A DNA stretch of 21,158 nucleotides from Candidatus Aenigmatarchaeota archaeon (GTDB taxonomy: Archaea; Aenigmatarchaeota; Aenigmatarchaeia; Aenigmatarchaeales; JACQIB01). Shown one piece after another: positions 1-7,951 of this stretch; positions within the stretch are counted from its first letter, which is position 1; each line of letters opens with the position of its first letter. The stretch is taken from positions 1-21,158 of the forward strand of contig JBHIDR010000011.1 in NCBI GenBank assembly GCA_046760225.1. Reading direction: 5' to 3'. Position numbers and translations under genes: made by a program. The notes under the pieces were generated by a model. The model was not told the DNA's origin. It made no database searches and saw only the letters and a list, made by a program, of their open reading frames with translations.

Positions 1-323
1 TATTTCTTGAGCTTGATTATTGCAGCAGCCATGTCCCCTTCCTCTTCCAGTGCTTTCCTTGCACCTTCCTCATTTGCTCCTGTCTGGCTCATGACCGTTT
101 CTATGTCTTCCTTTGTGAATTTCTCCTTCCCTCTTTCGATAATTTTCCCTATTATCTGCAGGGTTTCCTCTCCTCCCATTTTTACCTTGGTTACCTGGGG
201 GTTCTCCACAACAAGCTCCTTTGAGGGGGTCTTTATTATCACTTCCTCTGCATCTATTTCCTCTGTCTTTATTCCCATCTGACGCATCATTTTCTCCATC
301 TGCCTGCCTTTCATGTTGAACAT
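1..323 (-). CDS. nac: Nascent polypeptide-associated complex (NAC) protein; stop codon probably cut by the window edge
   Basis: Not in the ORF track. Manual translation from ATG at 323 gives MFNMKGRQMEKMMRQMGIKTEEIDAEEVII...ENPQVTKVKMGGEETLQIIG...FTKEDIETVMSQTGANEEGARKALEEEGDMAAAIIKLKK (107 aa), followed by TA at the edge. This is the archaeal NAC domain plus a UBA-like C-terminus. Confidence 0.93.
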   Translation of the reverse strand, partial: MFNMKGRQMEKMMRQMGIKTEEIDAEEVIIKTPSKELVVENPQVTKVKMGGEETLQIIGKIIERGKEKFTKEDIETVMSQTGANEEGARKALEEEGDMAAAIIKLKK

Positions 324-358
324 AAGACTTTTTTGTGGCATCAACCTTAAAAAGATAT

Positions 359-1561
359 ATGATTGAGCTTCTCTTTGCAGTCATGTTGGGCTTGTTTGTT
401 GGCTGTGCCTGCGGCATATTCCCCGGCCTCCACCCAAACAGCACAATTCCCATCATACTTGGCTTCTCGTTCCTTTTCCAGCCCCTTGAAGCAGCAATTA
501 TCCTGATAAGTGCTGGTGTCACAAACTCGTTTGTTAGCTTCATACCAGCTGTCTTCCTGGGTGCTCCAGAAGCAGATTCAGCACTCTCTGTTCTCCCTGG
601 CCACAGGCTCCTCTTGCAGGGAAGGGGGTTTGAGGCAGTCAGGCTCACTGTGGTGGGCGGCCTTGGCGCTACATTTCTTGCAATACTGCTGTTGCCTGTT
701 TTTTCCTTGACCATACCATCTGTGTACCATCTTATACGGCCTGTCCTGCACTGGATTTTATTGGCCCTTGTGTTCTACATGATAATGGGTGAGGAGGGTT
801 TCAAGAACAAGATTCTGGCTGCTTATGTTTTCCTCTTGTCAGGCATGCTGGGCTATGTTGCAATTAATTATATGTCTGTTAAGGAAATTCTTTTCCCCCT
901 CCTTACAGGACTTTTCGGCCTTCCTCTTCTGTTGCTGTCAGTTAAAAGAAATGTCAAGCTGCCTGAAAGCTTTTCATTTGAATATGAAAGAATCAAGAGA
1001 AGATCAGTAATATCTGGTATTGGAATAGGGAGCCTGGCAGGCATTATAGCAGGCCTCCTCCCAGGATTGGGAAGCTCGCAGGCAACAGTGATTGCACAGG
1101 AAGCAGTTGGGCACAAGTCTGACAGGAATTTTCTCATAGCAATCGGCGGTGTGAACACCTCGGATGTCATCTATTCCCTTCTTGCGCTCTATCTCATAGG
1201 CAATGCCAGGAGCGGTATTGCTGTTGCAGTTGGTAACATGATTGCTGTTGGTTTCAACCATGTGCTGCTTTTCCTTTGCGTTATTGTTGCATCTGCAGGG
1301 GTTGCTGCTTACATAACAATAAGGATGACCAGGAAGTTTGTTTTCTTTCTGAAAAGAATGGATTACAGAAGGCTTTGCCTGCATATCTTTGTTCTCTTGT
1401 TCGCGCTCGTGGCAATCTTTTCAGGCTCCACAGGCCTGGTTGTTGCACTGGTCGCGCTCTCCATTGGCCTGATTCCGAACATTGTTGGTATCAAGAGGAG
1501 CCATTGTATGGGCTGTCTGCTATTGCCAACAATATTGCTCTTCGCCGGACTCAGCTTTTAG
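359..1561 (+). CDS. Archaeal TctA-like (tripartite tricarboxylate transporter family, COG1784-like) membrane protein
   Basis: About 400 aa, very hydrophobic. Motifs GIFPGLHPN, FIPAVFLGAP, SVLPGHRLLLQGRG, GLLPGLGSSQA and GNARSG, with an internal two-fold repeat. ATG at 359 is preferred over GTG at 335. Confidence 0.85.
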   Translation: MIELLFAVMLGLFVGCACGIFPGLHPNSTIPIILGFSFLFQPLEAAIILISAGVTNSFVSFIPAVFLGAPEADSALSVLPGHRLLLQGRGFEAVRLTVVGGLGATFLAILLLPVFSLTIPSVYHLIRPVLHWILLALVFYMIMGEEGFKNKILAAYVFLLSGMLGYVAINYMSVKEILFPLLTGLFGLPLLLLSVKRNVKLPESFSFEYERIKRRSVISGIGIGSLAGIIAGLLPGLGSSQATVIAQEAVGHKSDRNFLIAIGGVNTSDVIYSLLALYLIGNARSGIAVAVGNMIAVGFNHVLLFLCVIVASAGVAAYITIRMTRKFVFFLKRMDYRRLCLHIFVLLFALVAIFSGSTGLVVALVALSIGLIPNIVGIKRSHCMGCLLLPTILLFAGLSF

Positions 1562-4500
1562 GAACATCCACAAATTTTCCCAGTGAGCCATTGTAAGAGA
1601 AGTATATTTGTGAACCGCATTCAGGACAGGAACCGCTCAGCGGAGGTTTTTTCGAGAACCATCTGCACTTCTTGCATGAAACACCATCGCTTCCCTTGAG
1701 TGTTGTGTTCTCAGGTGATTCTGGTCTGGAATTGAGTATGTCCATGAGGCTCTTCTGCCTGCATCCTTCCAGCAGCTCTGTCCTGGTTATGTTGCATGCC
1801 TCAAATATCCTTTCCAGCGGCGGCAGCACCTGGTTCTCTATGTAATACTGTGAATCAATTTCCAGTCCCCTTTCTTTTACATACTTTGGGTCCTCTGCTC
1901 TTTTGGACAATAGGTCATTTCCCTTGATTATAACATAGCCCAGTCGCTCGCCAACAAGGTTCTGTCTTGTTGGGTCCCTCTTCCTTATTTTCTTTGCAAG
2001 CTCAACATGCGGCTGTATCCCGTCATATGCATCAAGCGACTTTGTTATTCCTTTCACAACTGTCAGCTTCTCCAGAGGCACTTTGCCGTTCGCCAAATCC
2101 TTCAACACAGCCCTCACATGCTGTGAGGCCTTGTTTATGTCCTGTTCCTTGAGAACAATTTCAAGCACTTCCTTCATTGTGTCAGATGTCAGCTCGCACC
2201 AGTCCCTTCTTATTGTCTCTATTCCTTTCATCAGTATCCTGTCCTTCCACTTGTTCCCCTTCTTGTCAAATGCCCAGCCAGCATATCTCTTCTTTGTCAG
2301 AATAAGAAACGTCCTGAATATCCTTTCAAAGCTGAGCTTGAGCCCGGGCAGCCTTTCTGTCACGAACCCCGAGATCTCGTTTCCTGTCTGCTCAGCAAGG
2401 TCAAGGTTTAGTATGTTCGTCTTTATGAAGATCGAGTCAGTATTATGAAGCAGCACCTGGCCGCAGCTGTCCACAAACATATGAGAACCCTCAACCTCTA
2501 AATCGTACACATGTCCTTCATAGGGTTCTTCAATTGTTTTTGTAATGACCTTTGCATTGTGTTTTGTGGTCGTTGTTATTGTATAGGCCTTTTTGGGCTC
2601 CCTGTATTTGATTGAGTACTTCATTCCTAAGAGCGTAAGAAGCAGACTGAAACCGCTTGCAAGCCTGAGTGATTTTGTAGTATAGCTGAAATTCCTCCTT
2701 TTGTACTGCTCTGTATAAGGCAGCTTCCTGTTCATGAACTTACGGGAACCGTCGCCAAGAACCATGTTATCCAGTACTATCCTCTGGTATCTTTCTGGTA
2801 AATTGAATACAAAATCCGGCAAGTATTTGCTGTCGCTCCTTTGCCCGCACAGCATTTTGAAAAAAACAGCTGCAAGCGAGTTCATCACCTGAAGCTTGTG
2901 TGTATTGTCCTTGTATTCAATACGCCTTCCATTGGAGTTTAGCCTTCTTATGCCCGGCATTGACGGTATTATAGACGCCTTGCAGTTTCTGAAAAGCAAT
3001 TTATAATCTTCTTTTAATTGTTTTAGCCATTTGATGTCACTCGATGCTATGCTTGCTCCCATGCGTGATTCAGTTGTTTCAGGTGTTGAGCTGCTGCCCT
3101 CTGAAACATAAGCGCCTATCAGCCTGCACAGCGCCTCCATCTCAGGTGTACCGGCATGTATCATTCTCTTTAGCATTACCGGCTCTTTCCTGTTCATCCA
3201 GCCGAAATAAAGAAGGCCGCCGTCAGTATGCACCATTGCTGTTTTCTGTCTTCCTTTGTAGAGGCTTTCCGTCCTGTATCCGCACAGGTGCTCAAAAAGG
3301 TCCAGTTCCTTGATGTTTCTTCCCCTGGGAATGCCCTCGACCCTTATCATGCGCCTTCCGCCCATGTCTTCTGGTCTTGTTTCTTCCAGTTCGCCGTTGC
3401 TTAGTGTCATTATGGAATGGTCCTGCGTTACAGCTGTCTCACCGAACTTCTGCACAACCCTGAATACCTTCTTGTCTGTTTTGTGGCGTATTACCTTTTT
3501 GATGGGCATCCAGCATGCTGTATGGGTCTTTGGGTCTACTGTAAGCGCCTTATAACCGCTTACACGCGCAGCTTCTTTGGGCCCTATATTGAAGACAGAG
3601 CCTGAGAATTCATTGAAAAGTTCTTCTATGTTCTTTGTTCTTATCGTCCCGCTCTCGTCCATGACTGTCACGAACCTTTCTGCTGTCACACTGTCCCCAT
3701 AAAGCACTTTCACAGGATGGTTGTCCTCAACAAGCTTCTTTGTCTTCATTATGTTTTCCCTTCCAAAGCTTGTTATTGAGTTTGCTATGTCCATCACATA
3801 GAGCCTTGACCTCATATAGCCAGTATAGCCATAGAGCGAGTTTGCCATTGTCTTCAGTGCGAGCTGCTTTGCGTTCAGTACCCTTGTTCTCTCAGGGTCT
3901 GTCTCCTTCCTTATCTGTTTCTTTACTTCTATTCTCGTGTCTATCATTTCACGTATGACCTTTGGAAGGACACCTTCCCTGGTTTCTTTTTTGACAAACT
4001 TGGTGCCATAGGGCGTCACAATATAATCAGAAGGTCCTTCATCAAGCAGTATTGTTGTCGGGCATATGTTGAACAGATTTATTATTGAAGGATAAAGTGA
4101 CTGGAAATCCAGAACAAGCGTGCACCCGGATGCATGCAGACCAGCAATAGGGTCGAGCACAAGCGCACCAGTAAGCCCTACTTTTTCCCTTTCAACCCTT
4201 CTCTTGCTTATTTCTGCTGCATCAGGCCTGCAGGGCATGAGTATCTTCCTCTTCTTGAACTCGTGCAGGATTTTGTTTTCATGCCTCTGTGCCTGGCCCC
4301 CGAATATGTCCTGCAGCAACAGCCCTGATACTTTTGAGAGCTCAAAGAACTTGTCAAGCATTCCCTTGTCAAGCACCAGCCTCAATGCCAGTTCAGAGTC
4401 CTTTCTGCAGTAGTCAACTATTTTCTTTACGCCCTTGAAGCCGCTGTTCCACAGTTCTCTCATCTCCTTTGGCCCGCCAACATCCATCTTTTCCATTCCA

Positions 4501-5465
4501 AGCATTTCCCTTGCAACAGTGGCAAGGTTGTACCTCCTGAAGCTTACCCATGGGTCTCTTTTCAGTATCTCAAAGGGGTCAACAATTACCCTACCACTTA
4601 TTGTTGTGACATATCCGCCCATTATTTTTCTCATGAACGGCCTCTTCTCAGTTCTCCCGAAGTCCCGCGGCACATTCAGGGCCTCCATCCTCTTCAGGAG
4701 ATAGGGCATGTCAAAGTTGTTGATGTTGTATCCTATCAGAACATCAGGGTCATAATCCTTTATCACATCAAGGAGTTTTTTCAGCATTTCCTCCTCATTT
4801 ACGCATTCAATGCAGTCGCTGTCAACCCTTATTGGCTTTGCAAGTATTGCCATGCTCTGCTTTCCCTTGTATGCCTGACTGAACCTGAGGGATATCATTA
4901 TTATCGGGTCCTTGTCAGGCTCAGGCATCCTGTCCTCGTTTGTTATGCATTCTATGTCCAGGGCAAGGTAGCGCAGCGGTATGTTCTCTGATCTGTCCAC
5001 TGGCTTTATGCTCTTTGCTTCGAATGCCCTGCACTTGACGGTGCTTGTCCTTGCAGGCATTCCCTCAACCTCGGCCCAGCCCATGCCAACAAGGCCATGG
5101 TCAGCCATGAACCTGTATATGAAAAGTATGTCTGCCTCATACGGTGTGCCGTATTTTTTTGTTATTTCCCTCATCTCTGGCACCTTTGAAGGGTCATTGC
5201 CTGTTATCTTCAGGACCCTTACTGGTTTCTCCCTGTACCCGATCGGAAGGAACATCTCCTCTGTTTGGGCAGATATCTCATGGCTCTTTTTTAGCTCCTC
5301 GATTATCTTGCCGAAATCGCTCTCCTTTGCATGGACATAGAAATATGGCCTTAGCTTGTCATAAAAAACACAGACCGTTGAGCCGTCCACCGCCTTGCCG
5401 AAAAGTCTTATCAATGGCTTGTTGTTCAGAATCGTGTAGTCGCAACCAAGAATCTGTATTTGCAT
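1551..5465 (-). CDS. polB: Family B DNA polymerase with proofreading exonuclease, intein-containing; about 887 aa after splicing
   Basis: Exonuclease motifs LALDIEC, GYNINNFDMPY and YCRKDS. Polymerase motifs LDFQSLYPSII, KTMANSLYGY and YGD|TDS (split by the intein), plus KKRYAG and KGIETIRRDW. The C-terminus has QKSLMDIL and CKKC...CPEC. Confidence 0.98.
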   Translation of the reverse strand: MQIQILGCDYTILNNKPLIRLFGKAVDGSTVCVFYDKLRPYFYVHAKESDFGKIIEELKKSHEISAQTEEMFLPIGYREKPVRVLKITGNDPSKVPEMREITKKYGTPYEADILFIYRFMADHGLVGMGWAEVEGMPARTSTVKCRAFEAKSIKPVDRSENIPLRYLALDIECITNEDRMPEPDKDPIIMISLRFSQAYKGKQSMAILAKPIRVDSDCIECVNEEEMLKKLLDVIKDYDPDVLIGYNINNFDMPYLLKRMEALNVPRDFGRTEKRPFMRKIMGGYVTTISGRVIVDPFEILKRDPWVSFRRYNLATVAREMLGMEKMDVGGPKEMRELWNSGFKGVKKIVDYCRKDSELALRLVLDKGMLDKFFELSKVSGLLLQDIFGGQAQRHENKILHEFKKRKILMPCRPDAAEISKRRVEREKVGLTGALVLDPIAGLHASGCTLVLDFQSLYPSIINLFNICPTTILLDEGPSDYIVTPYGTKFVKKETREGVLPKVIREMIDTRIEVKKQIRKETDPERTRVLNAKQLALKTMANSLYGYTGYMRSRLYVMDIANSITSFGRENIMKTKKLVEDNHPVKVLYGDSVTAERFVTVMDESGTIRTKNIEELFNEFSGSVFNIGPKEAARVSGYKALTVDPKTHTACWMPIKKVIRHKTDKKVFRVVQKFGETAVTQDHSIMTLSNGELEETRPEDMGGRRMIRVEGIPRGRNIKELDLFEHLCGYRTESLYKGRQKTAMVHTDGGLLYFGWMNRKEPVMLKRMIHAGTPEMEALCRLIGAYVSEGSSSTPETTESRMGASIASSDIKWLKQLKEDYKLLFRNCKASIIPSMPGIRRLNSNGRRIEYKDNTHKLQVMNSLAAVFFKMLCGQRSDSKYLPDFVFNLPERYQRIVLDNMVLGDGSRKFMNRKLPYTEQYKRRNFSYTTKSLRLASGFSLLLTLLGMKYSIKYREPKKAYTITTTTKHNAKVITKTIEEPYEGHVYDLEVEGSHMFVDSCGQVLLHNTDSIFIKTNILNLDLAEQTGNEISGFVTERLPGLKLSFERIFRTFLILTKKRYAGWAFDKKGNKWKDRILMKGIETIRRDWCELTSDTMKEVLEIVLKEQDINKASQHVRAVLKDLANGKVPLEKLTVVKGITKSLDAYDGIQPHVELAKKIRKRDPTRQNLVGERLGYVIIKGNDLLSKRAEDPKYVKERGLEIDSQYYIENQVLPPLERIFEACNITRTELLEGCRQKSLMDILNSRPESPENTTLKGSDGVSCKKCRWFSKKPPLSGSCPECGSQIYFSYNGSLGKFVDVPKS
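2442..3692 (-). mobile_element. Intein (417 aa) with LAGLIDADG homing endonuclease, inserted in PolB motif C (pol-c-type site)
   Basis: Starts with SVTAERFV right after VLYGD and ends HVYDLEVEGSHMFVDSCGQVLLHN before TDS. Block B is VTQDHSIM. LAGLIDADG-like blocks are LIGAYVSEG and VLDNMVLGDG. Removing it restores YGDTDS. Confidence 0.96.
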
Positions 5466-5488
5466 GCCAGTATATCATGCTTCAAGAT

Positions 5489-6331
5489 TTAAACTGTTTT
5501 CGGTATGTCCCTTATGTCCCTGGTCTCTAAATCTATCTCCACTGCCCTGTGTTTTGGCAGGCCTATGATTGTTGTTCCCTTGTAGTTCTTGGTAAAATGC
5601 TCGGTTGTTGTGGTTATGAAGATATCAGGAACAGGGTCTATCACATCATTCGGTGGCTTGTTCAGGTGCCTTCTCTTTAACAGCTCCAAGGGAACATCTT
5701 TCTCATTTATCCCGAGCTCCTTTGCAGCCTTTTTGTGGTCAGCCACATGCACAAGCACCAGCACTCCACAGCATTCATAGAACCTTGTGCCTTCAACCAG
5801 AATGTGCTTGCCTGTTGTTATTTTCATTGGGAATCTGGCAGGGCTCCTCAGGCCTGTGTCAGGAAATACAATCTTTTCAGCATAGAGCGTGTTGTTGTTT
5901 ACCCTTCCTACTGCCCCAACAACATCATCATCAAGGAGCTTTATGTCTGTGACAAGTCCCATGCTTCCTGTTGGGTCCTCTATCATATTGCCCCCTTTCA
6001 TCCCTATCACAGCCGAATGCCCCTTTGCGTTCCTTATTGAGACCGGGTTCTTGAGCTCGATCTTGTTCATCAGCAGTGCCTGCAGCTCCTTGTACCTCTG
6101 CGCATAAAGCCCCACCATGTCATGCACGCTGTAGTGTGTTGGATTTTTCAGCTCCTTGGCAATTGTTATTTGCATGCACATCTCCTCAGCCTCTCTCTTT
6201 TTTAGAACAAGCGGCTTCTCTTTCATCCTGCCCAACTTCTCAAAAACGAGCGCCGCCCTTTTTTCATCCTTTAGGAACTCAAGTGCATCAGGCTCAAGCA
6301 TTATACCCAGTTCCAGTATCTTCTTCAGCAT
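5489..6331 (-). CDS. Truncated DP1 (PolD small subunit)/B-subunit-like protein, predicted catalytically inactive
   Basis: DP1-like segments YAQRYKELQALL, VIGM...IEDPTG...LLDDDVVGAVG...IVFPD (OB-fold region) and LLKRRHL...VIDPVPDIF...YKG...IDLET. Only 280 aa, with none of the DxH, GDxxD, GNHD or GHxH metal motifs. Confidence 0.75.
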   Translation of the reverse strand: MLKKILELGIMLEPDALEFLKDEKRAALVFEKLGRMKEKPLVLKKREAEEMCMQITIAKELKNPTHYSVHDMVGLYAQRYKELQALLMNKIELKNPVSIRNAKGHSAVIGMKGGNMIEDPTGSMGLVTDIKLLDDDVVGAVGRVNNNTLYAEKIVFPDTGLRSPARFPMKITTGKHILVEGTRFYECCGVLVLVHVADHKKAAKELGINEKDVPLELLKRRHLNKPPNDVIDPVPDIFITTTTEHFTKNYKGTTIIGLPKHRAVEIDLETRDIRDIPKTV

Positions 6332-6339
6332 GTTTATCC

Positions 6340-7530
6340 TTAGAATATTTGTTCAAGAACATTCTTTACCTTTTTGGTTATGGGCCCGGAAAGCGCCAGG
6401 TTTATTGTTCTTGTCCTCCCGTACCTTCCCCTGGATATTACTTTTGTTGTTATTATGCCGAAAAGGTCTAGCTCTGCTATGAGGTCGCTTATCCTTCTCT
6501 GGGTAAGGCACTTTATTCCTGCTCTCCTGCAGTTCTCCTGGTAGAGCTCCAGCACATCCCCCGTGTTTATGTTCCTCTGCTTCTCAGAAAGCTGTATTAT
6601 TGAATAAAGCACAGCCTTGCTCTGTTTTGGCTGTGCCTTTATTGTCTCAAGTGTCCTGTCCATGTCTATTTTCTCTTCAGCATGGTCAACATGCTTTATG
6701 CTTATTGCCTCATCACCCTGCCTTTCAGCAATCTCAGCCGACACCCTCAGAAGATCAAGCGCTCTTCTTGCATCACCATGCTCCTGTGCAGCAAGTGCAG
6801 CACATTTCTCTATTACACCATCCCCAACTGTTTCTTCTCTAAATGCTATTTCAGCCCTTGCCTTGAGTATGTCCCTGAGCTGCATTGCATTGTATGGAGG
6901 AAAAATCAGCTCCTCCTCACTCAGGCTGCTCCTTACTCTGGGGTCAAGGCTGTTTATGAACCCCAGATCATTTGTTATACCTATTATGCAGACACGCGAG
7001 TTGTTCAGCTCCTCATTTATCCGCGTAAGGTTGTACAGCACCTCGTCACCTGTCTTCTTAACAAGAGTGTCTATTTCATCTATTATGAGTATGAGTGTCT
7101 GCTTTTCCTTGTCCAGAAGAGAGAAAAAGCATGAATATATCTGGTCAGTTGGCAGGCCAGTAAAAGGCACCTCCCTGCCAAGTTCCTTTGATAAATAAGC
7201 CAGCAACCTGTATTCTGTGTCAGCAGAATGCCTCATCTTGCAGTTCGCATATATCACTCTTATTCTGTGGCCATTAGCAGCCCTTCCAAGCTCACCTGTC
7301 ACCATTGTTGAAACAAGGGACTTGCCAGTGCCTGTCCTGCCGTATATGAATATGTTGCTGGGCCTGTCGCCTTTCAGAGCAGGAGCAAGTATCCTGGCTA
7401 TCTCCTCAATCTGCTTTTCCCTGTGCGGAATATTCCTTGGAGTAAATGATATTGAGAGCGCCCCCCTGTTAAGTATAATTGGTCTTGCATTCATGAATTG
7501 TGAAAAAAGCTCTTGTACTTTTTCTGACAT
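6340..7530 (-). CDS. cdc6: Orc1/Cdc6 replication initiator
   Basis: Walker A GRTGTGKS, Walker B IIDEID, LDPRVRSSL, FPPYNA, HGDARRALDLLR, and the winged-helix end SRGRYGRT. A GGTGA Shine-Dalgarno sequence precedes ATG at 7530. Confidence 0.97.
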   Translation of the reverse strand: MSEKVQELFSQFMNARPIILNRGALSISFTPRNIPHREKQIEEIARILAPALKGDRPSNIFIYGRTGTGKSLVSTMVTGELGRAANGHRIRVIYANCKMRHSADTEYRLLAYLSKELGREVPFTGLPTDQIYSCFFSLLDKEKQTLILIIDEIDTLVKKTGDEVLYNLTRINEELNNSRVCIIGITNDLGFINSLDPRVRSSLSEEELIFPPYNAMQLRDILKARAEIAFREETVGDGVIEKCAALAAQEHGDARRALDLLRVSAEIAERQGDEAISIKHVDHAEEKIDMDRTLETIKAQPKQSKAVLYSIIQLSEKQRNINTGDVLELYQENCRRAGIKCLTQRRISDLIAELDLFGIITTKVISRGRYGRTRTINLALSGPITKKVKNVLEQIF

Positions 7531-7559
7531 GATTATCACCCTTTTTTCTTCTGGAGTTT

Positions 7560-7950
7560 ATCTTTAACCATGTGAACATATTTATTGTTTTCTCCATGTG
7601 AAACAAAGGGGTCAAAATGAAGTTGCATTAGAAATAAAGGGGTTCATATGAAAGGCGAAAATACGTTGATAACCGAAGAAATAGGGTGTTTTATGCCTTG
7701 TGAACATCTCCCGTTCTATGTGAAACCAGAGAACTTCATTTTAACTTCATAAATTACCATATAACAATGTTATAATTATCTCCATAAGCAGTTTTTTCCA
7801 CCTGAAATCCCACCCCATGCTTTCCTATAAAGAAAATAAATAATAGAAATAAGAAAGAAAACATACCCCTACTTCCTATAACAATGTTATATATTATTAT
7901 AAACACACAATCTTATCTACTAACATGGGTTCGACAAGAAACCATGGGGC
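7560..7950. other. Probable replication origin (oriC) with ORB-like repeats and AT-rich unwinding tracts
   Basis: Non-coding stretch of about 400 bp upstream of cdc6. TCCATGTGAAACAAAGGGG (7593-7611) and TGCATTAGAAATAAAGGGG (7624-7642) match the archaeal ORB core plus G-string pattern. Further copies lie at 7714, 7796 and 7930, with weaker inverted ones at 7813 and 7866. AT-rich tracts lie at about 7737-7780, 7826-7862 and 7877-7903. Confidence 0.85.
7760..7891. repeat. Two identical copies of the 15-bp palindrome TATAACA-A-TGTTATA (7760-7774 and 7877-7891)
   Basis: Read directly from the sequence: 7-bp inverted arms with a 1-nt spacer, and starts 117 bp apart. Confidence 0.9.
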
Positions 7951-7951
7951 C

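Noticed and set aside
7..714. ORF-track entries 7..282 (+) and 70..714 (-)
   Set aside because: Shadow or alternative frames of nac and the TctA-like gene. The real nac frame was missed only because its stop is cut by the window edge.
7560..7950. Repeats as a CRISPR array or dif site
   Set aside because: The copies are degenerate, irregularly spaced and in both orientations, with no cas genes. The palindrome's 1-nt spacer does not fit the 11-6-11 dif layout.
1551..7950. Replication module of a provirus or plasmid
   Set aside because: No integrase, capsid or att-like repeats are seen, and the flanks are core housekeeping genes.
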